A stretch of DNA of 64,000 bases, from the NCBI RefSeq assembly GCF_009914755.1, contig NC_060936.1; one strand, given 5' to 3'. Position numbers and translations under genes: made by a program. This DNA comes from the human T2T-CHM13v2.0 reference genome, Homo sapiens. This document shows, one piece after another, positions 27,663 through 44,615 of the stretch. The stretch's first letter is position 1. Every line of letters begins with the position of its first letter. The notes beneath the pieces were generated by a model, which was given only the letters and a program-made list of their open reading frames with translations, did no database searches and was not told where the DNA came from.

Positions 27663-29404
27663 GAACTGACGGTGGAAGTAGAAGTGTGAAATTACCTGGG
27701 GGAGGGACGCTAAGGGGTAGAAAACTTAAGGAACCATTATTTTAAGGGGCAAGAGAACTTAAGATATTTATTTAAAGAACCAACAGCTTGTCTAACCATC
27801 AACCTTTAAATAAGTATAAATACTAGAAATGTTTGACTTATCTGCTATGTGAGTGGCTTCTAGCTAAAGGATAGTGGAAATAATGTTTTCTAGATTAGTA
27901 ACGCTTGAGACATCCTTTAGAGAAGGTGGTTGGATACTTAGCACATTAAAACTAAATGAACCTTGAATTATGGGCACATTTTCTTCACTGTTCATAAATA
28001 TGTAAATTTCTCTTGGTTTCCCATATGTAAGTTAGGGGAAGATATAATCTCTGTTTTGATCTTGAGGTATCAGCCTCTTTGGTGACAGTAAGTCAAAAGT
28101 TGCAGAGTTTTCTTTAAAATTTAAAATGTAGTCAGTCCTGTCTATGAGAACCTATAATGAGCTTCAGATTGAATTGTTGCAAGAATATTAATAGAGTGCT
28201 TTTCAGGTTACAGAGTGCTTTCATACTTGATTTGATTTTTAATTCTCGTAGCAGCCTTTTGAAAAAGTGGGGAAATCTCACTTTATGAGTAAGGTTATTT
28301 TGATTCAGAGTGTGACTTATGGTCACACAAGTAAATAATTGGTCTGGGAGTAGAGACCCAGGTTTTTATTGCAGGCTGGAATTCTTACCTCTACACCTTC
28401 AGCGCTTCAAACTCTTGCCATTTATTTTAGTTTCTGTTACCACTGTAGGGAATAGGACCATTCTCCTTGGGAACAGAAGGCATTGCTCCATTCTCTCAGA
28501 TGGTAATTTTGAGATAGAAATTCATATGTATTCTGTAGCAGGAGTTCCTGAATGCTTAATTTTCTTAGGACATTGTCCCAAACCAGCTAACTGGATAACT
28601 TACCATCTCCATTTGTTTATACTAATGTCACATTCTTTCTATATAGACATTTCAGTTACCTGAAACATAGTCAAGCTTCCTGTGGATAACTGGCCTTATA
28701 GAAGCCAAGATACTTTTTATAAAAGCAATAGACAACATTTCTTACTCTTTACTCATAGCAGAGCAACCTGGACTGTAAATTTACTCTGTCTTGTAGGTGA
28801 TTTCATTATATGGAGTTTGGCTTCTTAACCCATAGGTGAGGTATAGGTGTATTTGCATTGAATACAGTCTCAGTAGGGAGGAGTGAGACAAAAATTATCA
28901 AAAGCAGACAAAAGAATTTAAGGAAGGGTGATTTCGAGTTAGTGAATGCGGATACTACAGAAAGTTTCTGTGGGTGGTATCATTGCAGGGTATGTAATGG
29001 TGATACTGAATAATCAATGAAAGTTTAAATTAGGAGAGTGTCTAATGTTTTTTAAGAATGATTTCTGATCCTCAAGATTTTTGTTTTTTAATTTGATACT
29101 CTAAAGGATAAGCTTCAGTAACCTGGAAAATTGAACTATATGTTGTTTAAATTTTTCTTTTTGGTGTAAGCAAGTGTACAGTAGGATGATAAGGTGTTCA
29201 TTTCTCGCCTGCCCCCCACTGCCTACACTGAAACAAATTTGCTATGGAAGTAATTTTAGGGAAGTACTTTAGAAATTGTACTGGTGCTGATTAAGATATG
29301 CATCATTCAGTTGTACTGCAGACTCTGAGATCACTAAATGCCAATTTAAATATATTTAATCTTTCTTTAATTAAAAGGAATTTGTACATTAATTCCACCC
29401 CCTA

Positions 29405-31274
<1,870 letters not shown>

Positions 31275-33303
31275 AAAATAAAATAGATTAAAGGCAACCA
31301 GAACATGAAGATTAATTTGACAACTTGCTTCAGCTAAGACTTAACAGAAGAAATATGTAGTGATTCCATAAGAAAGCTGAAGACTTAAAGGATTAAATTG
31401 GCTTCTTAGGAATTTTTATTCATTATAACTTAATAATAAAGCACTTTTTAAGAGAGGAAGGGTGCTTTGTAAATCTTTTGAATAGCACACTTTGAAATAT
31501 TTCTGATGTAGATCATACACAGTCAGGCTCAGTAACGTAGTACTCTTGCACTTTGTTGAATTCAGATTAGATTTCCTTCATGCTTTAATTGGTTTAGCCT
31601 TTATTTTTTGTCATTGATTTCACTGTGTCAGGTAGGAAAGTTCTGATGATAACAATTTAGTCTTCCATCTATCTTATTCTTTTTTTAAAAGTGTGCATTA
31701 TTTTAGAAACCATCTGTGTAAATTTAGATACCTTGTTGTATGTCACTTTTGTCTAGCTTTTTTCTCTAAATGTCTTGGTAACTTCATTGTCTGGTACTGT
31801 AATAATTGGATGTCCTCCATGAGAACCCACGTGCCCTTTTATGCTAAATTGAGTAGAGCTATATTTTCCCACAGGGTGCAGTGTAGACAGAGTGAGGTTA
31901 ACAGGACTGTGGAAAGATGTGGTGGTAAGATGATTGGACAGAGGCTCACAGCAAATTGAGCTGAAACTTTATTTGTAAGGAGATTCTGAGGTGATCTGAG
32001 TGCTTCTGTCTGTTGTGTGTTTGATCTGAGTTTTCTCAAGAGATTTAGTTTACCTGCTTTCTGAGATCATTTTTTAAAGTTTTCCTCCAAAACAGAGTAA
32101 TGTGTAATTATGTATCATTTATATGATAGCAGAACTATCTCCTCCCTCTTTCATTAAATATTTACTTTTACATGGCTTCAGTGCAGATAGATTTTGGTGA
32201 ATAAAAATGTAAACTTTGGATTCGCAAATGAAAGACTATTTTCCAGACTTCCCAAGCTACCAATAAAGAAATTTCTACATGATTTTAATAAATACACAAA
32301 AGTTACCGAAGTTGAATGATAACGTTTAAGTAAAAAGGCTTAGTATAAGTTCGTGTCCCTTCATTGGTTCAAGAACCTCTTAAGTCTGAAAATTTTTCAA
32401 GTCTTGAAAATTGTAAAACAAGGATAATTGAGGGTTTTATAAGAGGAAGTAAAAAAGAAGTTTGACATGTTCAGGTGAAAAAGTAAAACTAACACTTTTT
32501 CTTATTTTTAAGTGAGGGATCTGACTCCTTAATTTTCTAGTTTTTCTTTTAATCAAGGGCTCTATTACTGTCACCATTGAGAAATTGTAATAATATCAAG
32601 AGACATGTAGGTAAGTGGTCACTTTAGGTACAAAATATTGATTGGGTTAAGCCCAGTTGCTGGCATTGGTTGGGTGTAGAGAGTAACAAAAAAAGAAAGA
32701 AGGACGTAGATATGACTATTTAAAAGAGGCTCTTAATTTTGTAACTCCTGTTATGTGAATCTAAAGGTCTGATTGTTAAAGCAGTTGAACCCAAAGTTCT
32801 TGTTTTATGTGGCTTACTCATGGTAGTTTGGCATTGCTAACCACTCTGGGCTTGCAACTTTCTTGTTAATTTTTGCAACATTATTCTCGCTTGATTTTTT
32901 TCTTTACTTCTCTGACTGGTCTTTCTTAAACCTGTCTTTGAGTGTATACTCTTACATTTGATGTTCCTCTGGATTATCTCTTCACCCCTCTTCTTTCTCA
33001 TGATGCTCTTGCACATTATTTTTAAAAATATTACCCACTCTTGATAGTGTATCTGCACTGAGACACGTACTGGAAGCTATATATTGTTTGACATCTCAAT
33101 CTAAAACAACTCATCTTTCTTACTTATGACTAGAGTTCCTCCTCTTCATTTATATTCTTTTCTTGGTGAACATCAGTGTCTACCAATTTCTAAATGCAAA
33201 GGAGAAAGATACAATTTTAAGCGAAATGGTGGTGATATGCACAACTTGCAGAAGGTTACATAAAACTTGGGTTTTCAGAGATGATTTTTTCTTTTCTTTT
33301 TAG

Positions 33304-33404
33304 GATATGTTCAAGGAATGAGTGATTTACTTTCCCCTCTTTTATATGTGATGGAAAATGAAGTGGATGCCTTTTGGTGCTTTGCCTCTTACATGGACCA
33401 AATG
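33304..33404 (+). CDS. TBC1D15: TBC1D15 coding exon (probable exon 13), glutamine finger YxQ
   Basis: tttag|GA to ATG|GTAAGA; GYVQGMSDLLSPLLYVMENEVDAFWCFASYMDQM. Confidence 0.96.
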
Positions 33405-36302
33405 GTAAGAACAGAGATTCCTTCCATTAAACTGATTTTTAAAATTTTAGTTGTATAATTTTATAGTATAAGGTTGATTTTTATATTTAGCCAACTATGA
33501 TGGAACTTAAAAAAATTACCTCATGCCTTTTGTTACTTTTTCTTTTTAGTAGCCTTTCAAGGGCTTAGAAATACTGGTGGTATTTTTAATACAGGAAATA
33601 GTTTGTGCCTGTAGTATAGGAATAATCAGGATTTAATATCAGTAAATGCTTATTTTCTACTAAAGAGCCATGTGTCATTACAGAATATTGATAAAATAGA
33701 TGAATTCAATTTTGTGGAATAGTTGAACTTTAATATCATCTGTTTCAGAGATAAAGCTTAGTCATGCCAAGTAATATCCTTACCTTTTGTGAAGATTTTG
33801 AATTTTGTCATTATAGTAACTGATTTTTCTCCAGATGTGTTTGAACTATTTGTAACTCTGACACTTTCTTAGGAATTCATTGTTATTTTCCCAGAAGTAT
33901 GTGATTATTAGAATTGAACTGTCTATATATACATGTTAGTACAAAGAACATTTTATCTATTATCATTGTTAAATCTTTGAGACAGAGTTCTAGGATAATA
34001 GTGCAGAGAATATTGACAGGAAAATAAAAGAAAAGTCTCTTCAAGCAATCTCAGAAAAATAAAAGCAGAAGGGGTGAGACTAGATAAAGGCAGATGAAGT
34101 CCAAAGACCTGACTACATAGAGGTTGCTGTGTTTTTTCAAAATAACACTAACATACTGGATGCTGGGCCTTTATGTTGGATATTGAAATGGCTGGCTTGC
34201 TTGCAAGGGATAAACATTTTGAATCTAACCATCTGAAATATTTTCCTGTAATACAGGGTTTAACTCAGAGTTTCTGGGATACAAATGTGAAATTTGGAAG
34301 TGGTACCCTTCTCCTTTTTTCTTTACTTCTATTCTTTCCCTTTTGCTTGCCTATTTTTCTTTCTCCTTCAAATTTTCCCTGCTTGTGGCTATTTCCCCAA
34401 ATCTCTTGTCCATAGATTCAACTTGTTTTTGCTTCTTTCAGTTTTTTTCTAAATGTATACTTGGTAAGATTTGATAGATTTAAAATGTTCTTTTACATTA
34501 AATTCATGAATATTCAAATTGGTTTTTTGCCATAAATTAATTTTTTTTGACTATTTGGAAGGATTATCAATGCAGTAATTTGGTAATGTCATAGTTTGTC
34601 TTCCTTCCTTTTTTGATTGATTTGTCTACCTTCTTAGTTCCATTTACTCCCAAGTGCTCTAGAAACCTGAGGCATTTGTTATAAAGGTCTGTACAGCTGA
34701 TACTAATTACATAAAAACTGTTGTCTGCCTTCCTTGTGTTTTTGTTGTTTATCCTCTTTTCACCAGAGCTAGTATGTTCCTTGATAAAAGGGATTATATC
34801 TTGTTTCACTGGTAGCATACCAGAATTTTCCTAATGCCTGACATGAGGTTGTTCAACGGGTTTTTGTAGAATAAACATGTGAATCTTTCCCCAGTGATTA
34901 GTTTAAATTGCTATAGTAGATATTCTAAAAAAAAAAAAAAAAACACAACTAAGATGAACATACTGCATTTAGTATCATGCAATAAGTTTTCAATAAAACT
35001 AATCCAATATTGGCATGTAAATATATATTGACATATAATGCCACATACACACATGCATACAGACGTGTGTATATAGGTCTCATATGTAAAGACTACCTTC
35101 TGAACATGTGTAATAAACACTTTACAGTCCGTCATTTTTTGTGTATGAAGGTTCAGTTTCTTTGTTCTGTCATTTTCACAGTAAATGCTCTCTGTGTTTG
35201 CCTTTTCCATTAAGGATGTTCTGGGGATTTTTCTAGTCTTTATTCTAAAAAAGATATCTTATGATTATGTTGTCTGCTAACATCTTTTCTTTCATAATAT
35301 TTGAATGAGAGGGAAATATATGGCAATCAAAATAACCTGTATGATTGTTTTTCACTGCATTGCCCTTGTTTGATGTCCCTAAATCTGTGCTGCTGTTTCT
35401 TGATTCTGTGTTTCTGTTTTATAGCTTTACTTCATGTAAGTTTGTACTACCTTTGTGGTGGCTGAACCTAACGTCTGTAAATTTACTTTTGTTGATGTTT
35501 ACTTGCATCTAATGTAGGTCTAGGCATAGACTTTGTCTATTATCATGGAAATACAAAGTACAAGTGATCTGATGAACTTTGTTATACCCATCATCCATTT
35601 TGCCATATAGTTTTAATTCCTTTCTCCTCTCCATCTCCCCCTCCCCTGCCCCATACAGACACATTTATTTACAGACACATTTGAAGCCCTTTGTATATCC
35701 ATTGTTGATCCCACTCTCCCTTCTCCAGGAGTAACCACTTTTTCGAATATGGTGTCTGTCATTATGGACATGTTTCTTTTTTACAGCAGAGTGGGTAGCA
35801 AATGTCTATGCCATGTTGGTATTCCCAGATCAGCTCTAGTCTTTGACTGTGTCACAGCAAAAATGATCCTGTTAATCAGAGTTGATTCTGCCCCTTCTCT
35901 ATAGATCTCTCTGGTAAATGTGGAGGAACTATATCCTAAAGCCTTGAGTTAGTCTATTAATAAACTGGTTTTTAAAATTCATTAAAGAGAAACAGCTTAT
36001 TGAGAATTAATAGACTTAAATTTTTTTTAAGAATGAATTGTTTCTAATATGATAGTTCTAATAAAGCACTATTGTACTGTAAAAGTGAAAAAGTAAGTGT
36101 GAAGGAGGAAATGTTTTTCTAAGGCTTTCACTAGGGTTAGGGCGGTAGGTTACCACAGAGGGATCGGGACATATGAGTTAAAGGGATCCAAATCATTTAA
36201 GAAGCCTTTCAGAGCATCAGTTTTGGTGCCTTCTGGCCCCTTGACTCAGGTGTTGGTAGGGAGTCTACTCAACTATGAAGTTTCTTTAAAGCATATGAAC
36301 CC

Positions 36303-36740
36303 CAGCAGTTCCCAAACTTTGTGACCTCAGGGCCCCTTCACACTCTCCAATATTATTGAAGACCTGAAAGAGTTTTTGTTTATGTGGGTTATATCTGTTG
36401 ATGTTTATGTGAAAAATTAATACTGAGAAACTTGTATTCATTTATTTATTAATTCATTAAATAACAACACATTCTACCTTAACATAGATCACTTTTTTTT
36501 AATGAAAAGTAACCTTTCCTAATGAAAAATTTACCGACACAAGAGATTGTTTTAAATTTTTCATTTTTAAAAATGTCTGGTTTAATAGAAGACAGCTGAA
36601 TTTTCATATTTGCTTCTGTGTTCAGTCTTTTGGAGTATCACACATCATACAGCCTTTGCACTTGTGAAAGAATTTAAGTATGAAATCCAGATAATGTTTT
36701 AGTATTGTCCTGAAAATGGTTTTGGCTTTACAGATTCTCC
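36303..36740. mobile_element. hAT-family DNA transposon fragment
   Basis: CAGCAGTTCCCAAACTTT...GGGCCCCTTCACACTCT...GAGTTTTTGTTTATGTGGGTTATATCT resembles a hAT-type end. Confidence 0.5.
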
Positions 36741-37175
36741 AATGTAAAGTAATTCTTTAAAATGAAATACATACTAAAACTAAAATTAATTTTATTATGT
36801 ATAATTTGAAGGAATATTTAACAATGGAAAGAATTTGATAAATATTTATTTCCCAAATGTGTGTTTCTTTCACCAAGTCTTTTATGCTGTGTAAGAAATA
36901 AATAGTCAGTCTGCAGTTGCTATGTCTGCATTCTTCTTTATCTAAGTCAAATGAATAGAGGAAAAAATAATCCTTAGTTTTGAGAGCAAGGATTCTTTCT
37001 CTTTACCCTCCCTTTTAGTGTTACGTTAGATTTTTGGTTAGTTACGCATTTTTTAAGATTACCAGTGTGGTATAAGTTCAGCATTTGTCCTTAGACATCA
37101 TGTTTTAGTTATCAGTCATTATGTACTATAAAATATTTATTAAATATTACTTGTAACAATTATTTCCTTTTAAAG

Positions 37176-37275
37176 CATCAGAATTTTGAAGAACAAATGC
37201 AAGGCATGAAGACCCAGCTAATTCAGCTGAGTACCTTACTTCGATTGTTAGACAGTGGATTTTGCAGTTACTTAG
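37176..37275 (+). CDS. TBC1D15: TBC1D15 coding exon (probable exon 14)
   Basis: taaag|CAT to G|GTAAGT; HQNFEEQMQGMKTQLIQLSTLLRLLDSGFCSYL. Confidence 0.95.
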
Positions 37276-37354
37276 GTAAGTTTAGTGAATCAGAACTATA
37301 CCCAGCAAATTGTAGAGTAATGCATAGAAAAAAATGTAAAGAACTCTTTAAAGA

Positions 37355-37641
37355 AGCCAGGTGCAGTGGCTCATGCCTATAATCCCAGCACTTTGGAAGC
37401 CAAGGAGGGAGGATTACTTGCACCCAGGAGTTTGAGACTAGCCTGGCTAGCACAGTGAGACCCCATCTCTACAAGGAAAAAAAAATGCTGGCTGTGGTGA
37501 TGCATGCCTGTAGTCCCAGCCACTCAAGAGGCTGAGGTGGGAGGATTACTTGAGCCGAGGAGGTTGAGGCTACAGTGAACTGGGATCACTCCACTGCACT
37601 CCGACCTGGGTGACATAGCAAGACACTGTCTCAATAAAAAA
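37355..37641 (+). mobile_element. AluJ
   Basis: Diverged dimeric Alu 80 nt after an exon donor. Confidence 0.88.
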
Positions 37642-37928
37642 GAACTTAAAGACATATATACTCTATTGCACTTTCTTCGGTTCCATAAAAATGTGGAACC
37701 AAACTCTCTTTGTATAATTCTGCCTTAAACTTGATTCGTAAAATGTATTATTTGTTAGTTTTTAAAAAGAAGTCAGCCTTCAAGTTTGAAATGATTCCTT
37801 AACGTAGAAGACAAATGTATAGGGCCTTGAATTGCCTAAGATGCATAGGAAAGTTAGAGAAAAGTAACTGTATTCTGACATAATTAGCATAAGAGTAAGT
37901 CATATGTGTGTTTTTTTCTTCTGCATAG

Positions 37929-38026
37929 AATCTCAGGACTCTGGATACCTTTATTTTTGCTTCAGGTGGCTTTTAATCAGATTCAAAAGGGAATTTAGTT
38001 TTCTAGATATTCTTCGATTATGGGAG
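37929..38026 (+). CDS. TBC1D15: TBC1D15 coding exon (probable exon 15)
   Basis: gcatag|AA to GAG|GTAAGT; ESQDSGYLYFCFRWLLIRFKREFSFLDILRLWE. Confidence 0.95.
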
Positions 38027-38407
38027 GTAAGTCCTTAAATTATTATGCAAATGTGATATTTATTATGAAAAGAAACAATTTATTCTGTAGAGTGTAAATG
38101 AATTATGATAGCCTTACTGAAATATCTAAGGCAAGTATGTTCCAAAATTCTGATGAACTGGTAGCCTCTTCTTAAAAATTAGTTTCACACTGAATATTTG
38201 GTCTTTTGGAGCTTCGTTCTTCAAATCACAATCTCTGTGAGATTTGGGGCCAAGAGGTATCCCAGAACAAGTGCTCTAGACCATTTGCTGCCTTTGTTCT
38301 TCCTTTGTGAGACTTGACTTTATGTGAGGCTTTGCCACATCTGTTATAGAGGATATTCTTATGTTTTTGGTGTACTCCTTTTGTTCCATTTTTTACCCAA
38401 GGCAACT

Positions 38408-38606
38408 CTTTATTTTTTCAACTTTTATTTTAGGTTCAGGGAGTACATGTGCAGGTTTGTTACATAGGTAAATTGCATGTTGCTGAGGTTTGGTGTGTGA
38501 ATGATTCCATCACCCAGGTAGTGAGCATAGTACCCAATAGGTAATTTTACATCCCATGTTTCCCTTACACCATCCCCCCATGTGTAATCCCCAGTGTTTA
38601 TTTTTC
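38408..38606 (-). mobile_element. L1 3' UTR fragment
   Basis: TTTTAGGTTCAGGGAGTACATGTGCAGGTTTGTTACATAGGT. Confidence 0.8.
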
Positions 38607-38679
38607 CATGGCAACCTTTAATGAAAAACCAAATCATTTCACATTTTCTAAAGTATTTGCTAATAATAAATCAGTGTGC

Positions 38680-38825
38680 TTTTTTTTTTTTTTTTTTAAA
38701 GAGAAGGGGTCTTGCTATGTTACCTAGACTGATCTCGAACTCCTGGACTCAAGTAATCCTCTTGCCTCAGCTTTATAAGTAGCTGGGACTACAGGTCTAC
38801 AGGTGTATGCCACTGTGTCCAGCCC
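38680..38825 (-). mobile_element. Alu monomer/partial Alu
   Basis: T tail plus single-arm Alu sequence. Confidence 0.75.
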
Positions 38826-39186
38826 AGTGTGCTTGTTCATAGAATGCTGGTATAATGATTGATCATACCTTAGGATAACAGAAATTCTTCCAAGGAAAGA
38901 ATTGGGAGATAATCCATTTTGATTGTAAATCCAACTTTATACAGTGGAACTCTAGTGGTCTCTGAGGTTTTTACAGCTGGAAATGGATTCCTATACTATT
39001 GATGGCTGTGCTACCATTAGACAAGGCATTGTGCTGATTACAAGTTAAAAGTGGATTACTTTATGCTCACTTCCTCTGTTCTCAGATTAGAAGTAAAACC
39101 CACATGGTCTCTATCTGGAATCGTACTTAAATGTTTATCAGTTTTGTTAAATTAGTGTCTTAATTTGGGGGTTAAAAATGGGTTAA

Positions 39187-39315
39187 TGTATTTATGCCTA
39201 GTGTTCCATTATTGGAACGCTAAGCATGTGGGAGTTGTTTATATCCTACTGCTCAAGGTCATCACCAAGGTCTGATTGAAAAATTCAAAAAATTGCATCC
39301 TCAGGCATAAATGGG
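39187..39315 (+). mobile_element. MER85 piggyBac MITE (second copy)
   Basis: TTAA at 39183-39186, left TIR partly mutated, palindrome GTTCCATTATTGGAAC at 39203-39218, right TIR GGCATAAATGGG. Confidence 0.9.
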
Positions 39316-40207
39316 TTTTAAAGGATGAATTAAGAATATTATTACCACATAGCTAGAATAACTCCTCAATCTGTGTTTACTAAATAAATTCAAACTTTTA
39401 ATGAAACCTTTGAGGTTAATTGCATTGTAATTAAACTTTCAACAATTGGGTTTAGTTTGAAAATTATTCAACTTGATTTACTCCTTTTGAAAGAAGTAAA
39501 CACATTTCGGGTATGATCTCATGGTATGGTTTGTGTGGGTGTTTTTATCTTTGTGGAAAATATATTATTAGGTACATGAAGCAGGGGGAAATTAAGACCC
39601 TAAATTCGAGGATATTATCTGTATTTAGGAACAGCTGAGCTGTTGATCAAGCGTTTTCTATGTTTGGTTATAAATTTGGGGCAGTTAATTCAGTTATTGT
39701 CACAATCAGGGATAAAATGTGATACAAGGGTTTTACGTATTTAGAATGTAGAGCTACCTCTGGGTGTTTCTGATTCCATGTACTGTGTAACTGAACCTTT
39801 TTTTATTTCCAGGACTTAGCTTTAGTCTTTTCTCAGATCGAAGTGAGAAACTGATACTTCAGAAAAATATTGAAAATACATCTAACCCTTACACCTTAAC
39901 CTTGTGTCTGTAGCTCCTGCATTAATAACATTTATCATACTGGTTAGGCTCAGTAATTTACTTACTATAGTTACCTTAAAGAGCCACATTTAGAATATAT
40001 CATATTCATATAAACTCGATGATAGTTACTTTGTAGCTGAAGGTAAGACTCTCCTTCCCCTCATTTCCTAGCTAGAAAAACCTTGGGCTACCCTAAACAG
40101 GCAACATCTACTTTGCATAGAAGTCATTCAGTGTTCAGAATTGTATCTGTGAGGAAAATGTTTTAGAATTGATACAATTTGCAAAATAGTTCTTCTGCCT
40201 TCTATAG

Positions 40208-40324
40208 GTAATGTGGACCGAACTACCATGTACAAATTTCCATCTTCTTCTCTGTTGTGCTATTCTGGAATCAGAAAAGCAGCAAATAATGGAAAAGCAT
40301 TATGGCTTCAATGAAATACTTAAG
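40208..40324 (+). CDS. TBC1D15: TBC1D15 coding exon (probable exon 16)
   Basis: ctatag|GTA to AAG|GTAGTT; 39 codons VMWTELPCTNFHLLLCCAILESEKQQIMEKHYGFNEILK. Confidence 0.95.
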
Positions 40325-40844
40325 GTAGTTATTCCTTTAATTCAGATTTTAGTGTTCTGGCTTTTCTATTTGGTGGTCCTGATATACAGAACGTTTCCTT
40401 GGAACATTATTAAATCTCTTGAGTAACTTAAATTGTGTCAATAACAGTGCTAGGAATGACTATCTGAGAATGACAGTTCAAATACATATTGGCCAGTTAT
40501 TTTTACCTGGCTAATTAGGAAGAAAAGGAAATTCAACAAGTGCTCTTTTATGTAGTTTAGTTTTTCAAAAATTAATTGTCTTTTGATTATAACTTTGAGA
40601 TATCAGACTTGGAATAGCTGCTGGATTTAATGTTCCATAAGCTTATTAGCTAGTCTTTAGCTTTAAAACTTGAAATAATCTAAAGAAAGATATATTGAAT
40701 TTCTTACGTATTTGTAGTATATGAATGTTTTTATTTTAAGGATTTTATCTGCAGTGAAATATAACTGGTAATAAATTGTTTATATAATAGAATATAATAG
40801 TGTATTCAGTTTCGATATCATTTTATTTTGTTGATACTTTTTAG

Positions 40845-40931
40845 CATATCAATGAATTGTCCATGAAAATTGATGTGGAAGATATACTCTGCAAGGCAGA
40901 AGCAATTTCTCTACAGATGGTAAAATGCAAG
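40845..40931 (+). CDS. TBC1D15: TBC1D15 penultimate coding exon (probable exon 17)
   Basis: tttag|CAT to AAG|GTATAC; HINELSMKIDVEDILCKAEAISLQMVKCK; ends in phase 0. Confidence 0.95.
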
Positions 40932-41424
40932 GTATACAGTGTTTCAAGTAATTGCAAGATTTGTTTGTTTTTGGTGGGTTGAGATCAAGAAAGATTTTTC
41001 TTCTTGGAAATAAAATAGCAACTTTAGTAAGCTGAGGGCAGGCACAAAGTATTGGCTGGCTTTTTGTTTGCTGTTCTAGATTTACAGCACTTAATTGAAA
41101 ACAGTTGACTATGGCAGATAGGAAACAGCTAATAATAAGGCAAAATGGTAAAAGTAATGAAAATATTTCTATAACAAAGAGGCTGTAGAATTTCAGCAAT
41201 GATATATTACCCAGTTGAGCTCATGAATGCAGAATAGGCTGTCATATTAAATATGCAGAATCTCTAAACAAAAATGAATGCTAATCAGAAATAATTAAAT
41301 CAATATTATTTAGCCTGTGTCACTCACTTATATTAGTCAAGTTATTAATTATTTTAAAACAAGGCAAATTTGATGTATTATCTGAATTTGAACCAAAGCA
41401 GTATACTTTTGATGTGTTTTAGCT

Positions 41425-41862
<438 letters not shown>

Positions 41863-41870
41863 TGACTGCA

Positions 41871-41968
41871 TTTTTTTTTTTTTGATACTTCAAGTTCTAG
41901 GGTACATGTGCACAACATGCAGGTTTGTTACATAGGTATACATGTGCCACATTGGTTTGCTGCACCCC
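41871..41968 (-). mobile_element. Very short L1PA 3' end insertion
   Basis: T13 tail plus AAGTTCTAGGGTACATGTGCACAACATGCAGG...GCTGCACCC. Confidence 0.85.
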
Positions 41969-42460
41969 TTATGACTTTGCATTTTTATGAAAATTCTTGC
42001 TTGGTCCTTGTATCATTTGTTCATTGATCCAAACTGTTACTTGGTTCAGTTCTACAAACATTTATTTGATACCTGTTCTCTTCCAAAGCATGTCAATGAG
42101 ATACTTCTTGCCTTGAAGAACTTTGTTTACTGAGAGAGACAGATGATCTAAGAAAGATATTATTACAAAAAGTAGAAAGAGATAAATGCCAAATATTAGG
42201 ACATGCTATGTTTGTGGGAATGTGGAGGTGGGATGGAGAGTGACTAATTTGGAAGATATCCAAGAACCACTTAGGGCGAAAGGTGGTTAGCATTTCATTT
42301 GGAGCTGAGAAAAATGTTGTGAGAAGGGTACATGACATTTACACTGTTAGGACAAATGCTCAGATTCTGGAATCAATGTAGTCTTAAACAGAAGTGTTAC
42401 TTTGTGGTTATTTTTCCTCTGTAGTGAAATATGGTTTTGAGTTTGATTTTTCATATCCAG

Positions 42461-42682
42461 GAATTGCCACAAGCAGTCTGTGAGATCCTTGGGCTTCAAG
42501 GCAGTGAAGTTACAACACCAGATTCAGACGTTGGTGAAGACGAAAATGTTGTCATGACTCCTTGTCCTACATCTGCATTTCAAAGTAATGCCTTGCCTAC
42601 ACTCTCTGCCAGTGGAGCCAGAAATGACAGCCCAACACAGATACCAGTGTCCTCAGATGTCTGCAGATTAACACCTGCATGA
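42461..42682 (+). CDS. TBC1D15: TBC1D15 last coding exon, CDS part
   Basis: atccag|GAA; ELPQAVCEILG...SSDVCRLTPA then TGA at 42680-42682. Confidence 0.96.
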   Translation, partial: ELPQAVCEILGLQGSEVTTPDSDVGEDENVVMTPCPTSAFQSNALPTLSASGARNDSPTQIPVSSDVCRLTPA

Positions 42683-42889
42683 TCACTGTTCTTGCTTTTT
42701 TGGGAAGAGACACTTTGTTGCAACCCTTTTTCAAGTACTTGAAAGTTGAAAATTTGAAATCTTGGTATTGATCATGCTTTAAGGTTTATGTAAAGAAAGT
42801 GTACTGATGTTCTTACATTAAAGCTTTACAAAGATTTAAACTAATTATTTTTGTAGTTACTTCTACCAAATAGCCTTTCCTTTTCGATA

Positions 42890-42896
42890 ACATTCC
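42890..42896 (+). promoter_or_regulatory. miR-1/206 seed match (ACATTCC, 7mer-m8) in TBC1D15 3' UTR
   Basis: ACATTCC in sequence; miR-1 regulation of TBC1D15/tbc-7 is reported (recalled). Confidence 0.6.
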
Positions 42897-43768
42897 TCAG
42901 TATTTTTATAGCCAAGTACATTTTATTTTCTTGCTGATGAACTGGAATTGGATAAATATTGCAAGTGGATGAGTTGGAAATTATGCACTTTGAAAAACAT
43001 TCACTTTGTTTAAGCTTATTGGGTTTCAGATTTGATTAAATTAAATGTGGAGGCTTTCTATAGCATTCTAAGCTGAGAAGTAGATTGTTACCCAGTAATG
43101 AAATAAAAAATAAAAATAAAAGGATTTTTTTCTCTATTGTTTACGACAGTACTCAGCTTAAATATTTATGCTGGTCAAATGTGATTTAAATTGGACATTT
43201 TCATCAATGCAGTCTAATGTGTAGATAAATATTTCAACCATAATAAGTGGATTGGCAGTATATTTTTTACATTGAACTTTTCTTCACTTGTATATAAAGA
43301 TTATATATAAGTACTTATTTATGAGTATAAGAAAGGTTAGGCATATTTTCATTAACTGAATAAACGACTTGATTTATATAACCTGGTTTATCAAAATTTA
43401 ACATGGCTTCAGTATGAGATCTTTTTCAAAACTATTTTCTTAAACATTTATTTCATGAGATTATGTTCAACCCTGTACCTGGTGTAATTTTAAAATTAAT
43501 TGCTTGTAACCTCACTTTACTAATAATGTTTATTATCTTTCCTAATAATGCATTAACTGATTAATCAGGTGTTTAAATTTTTATAAAATACTCTTGCAAA
43601 AAGTTTATTTGAAAAATTTCTAGATGGTCTCATGAGTTTCAAAATAATAATTTTTGTGTATGAACAAAGCTGTTGTTTTTACCATGCAGTATTGCATGAT
43701 TTTAAGTTATGTGGAATTAACATAACTGATTTTGTTTTAATTGTAAGTTGTTAACTCCTGTATATATC

Positions 43769-44133
<365 letters not shown>

Positions 44134-44135
44134 AA

Positions 44136-44615
<480 letters not shown>

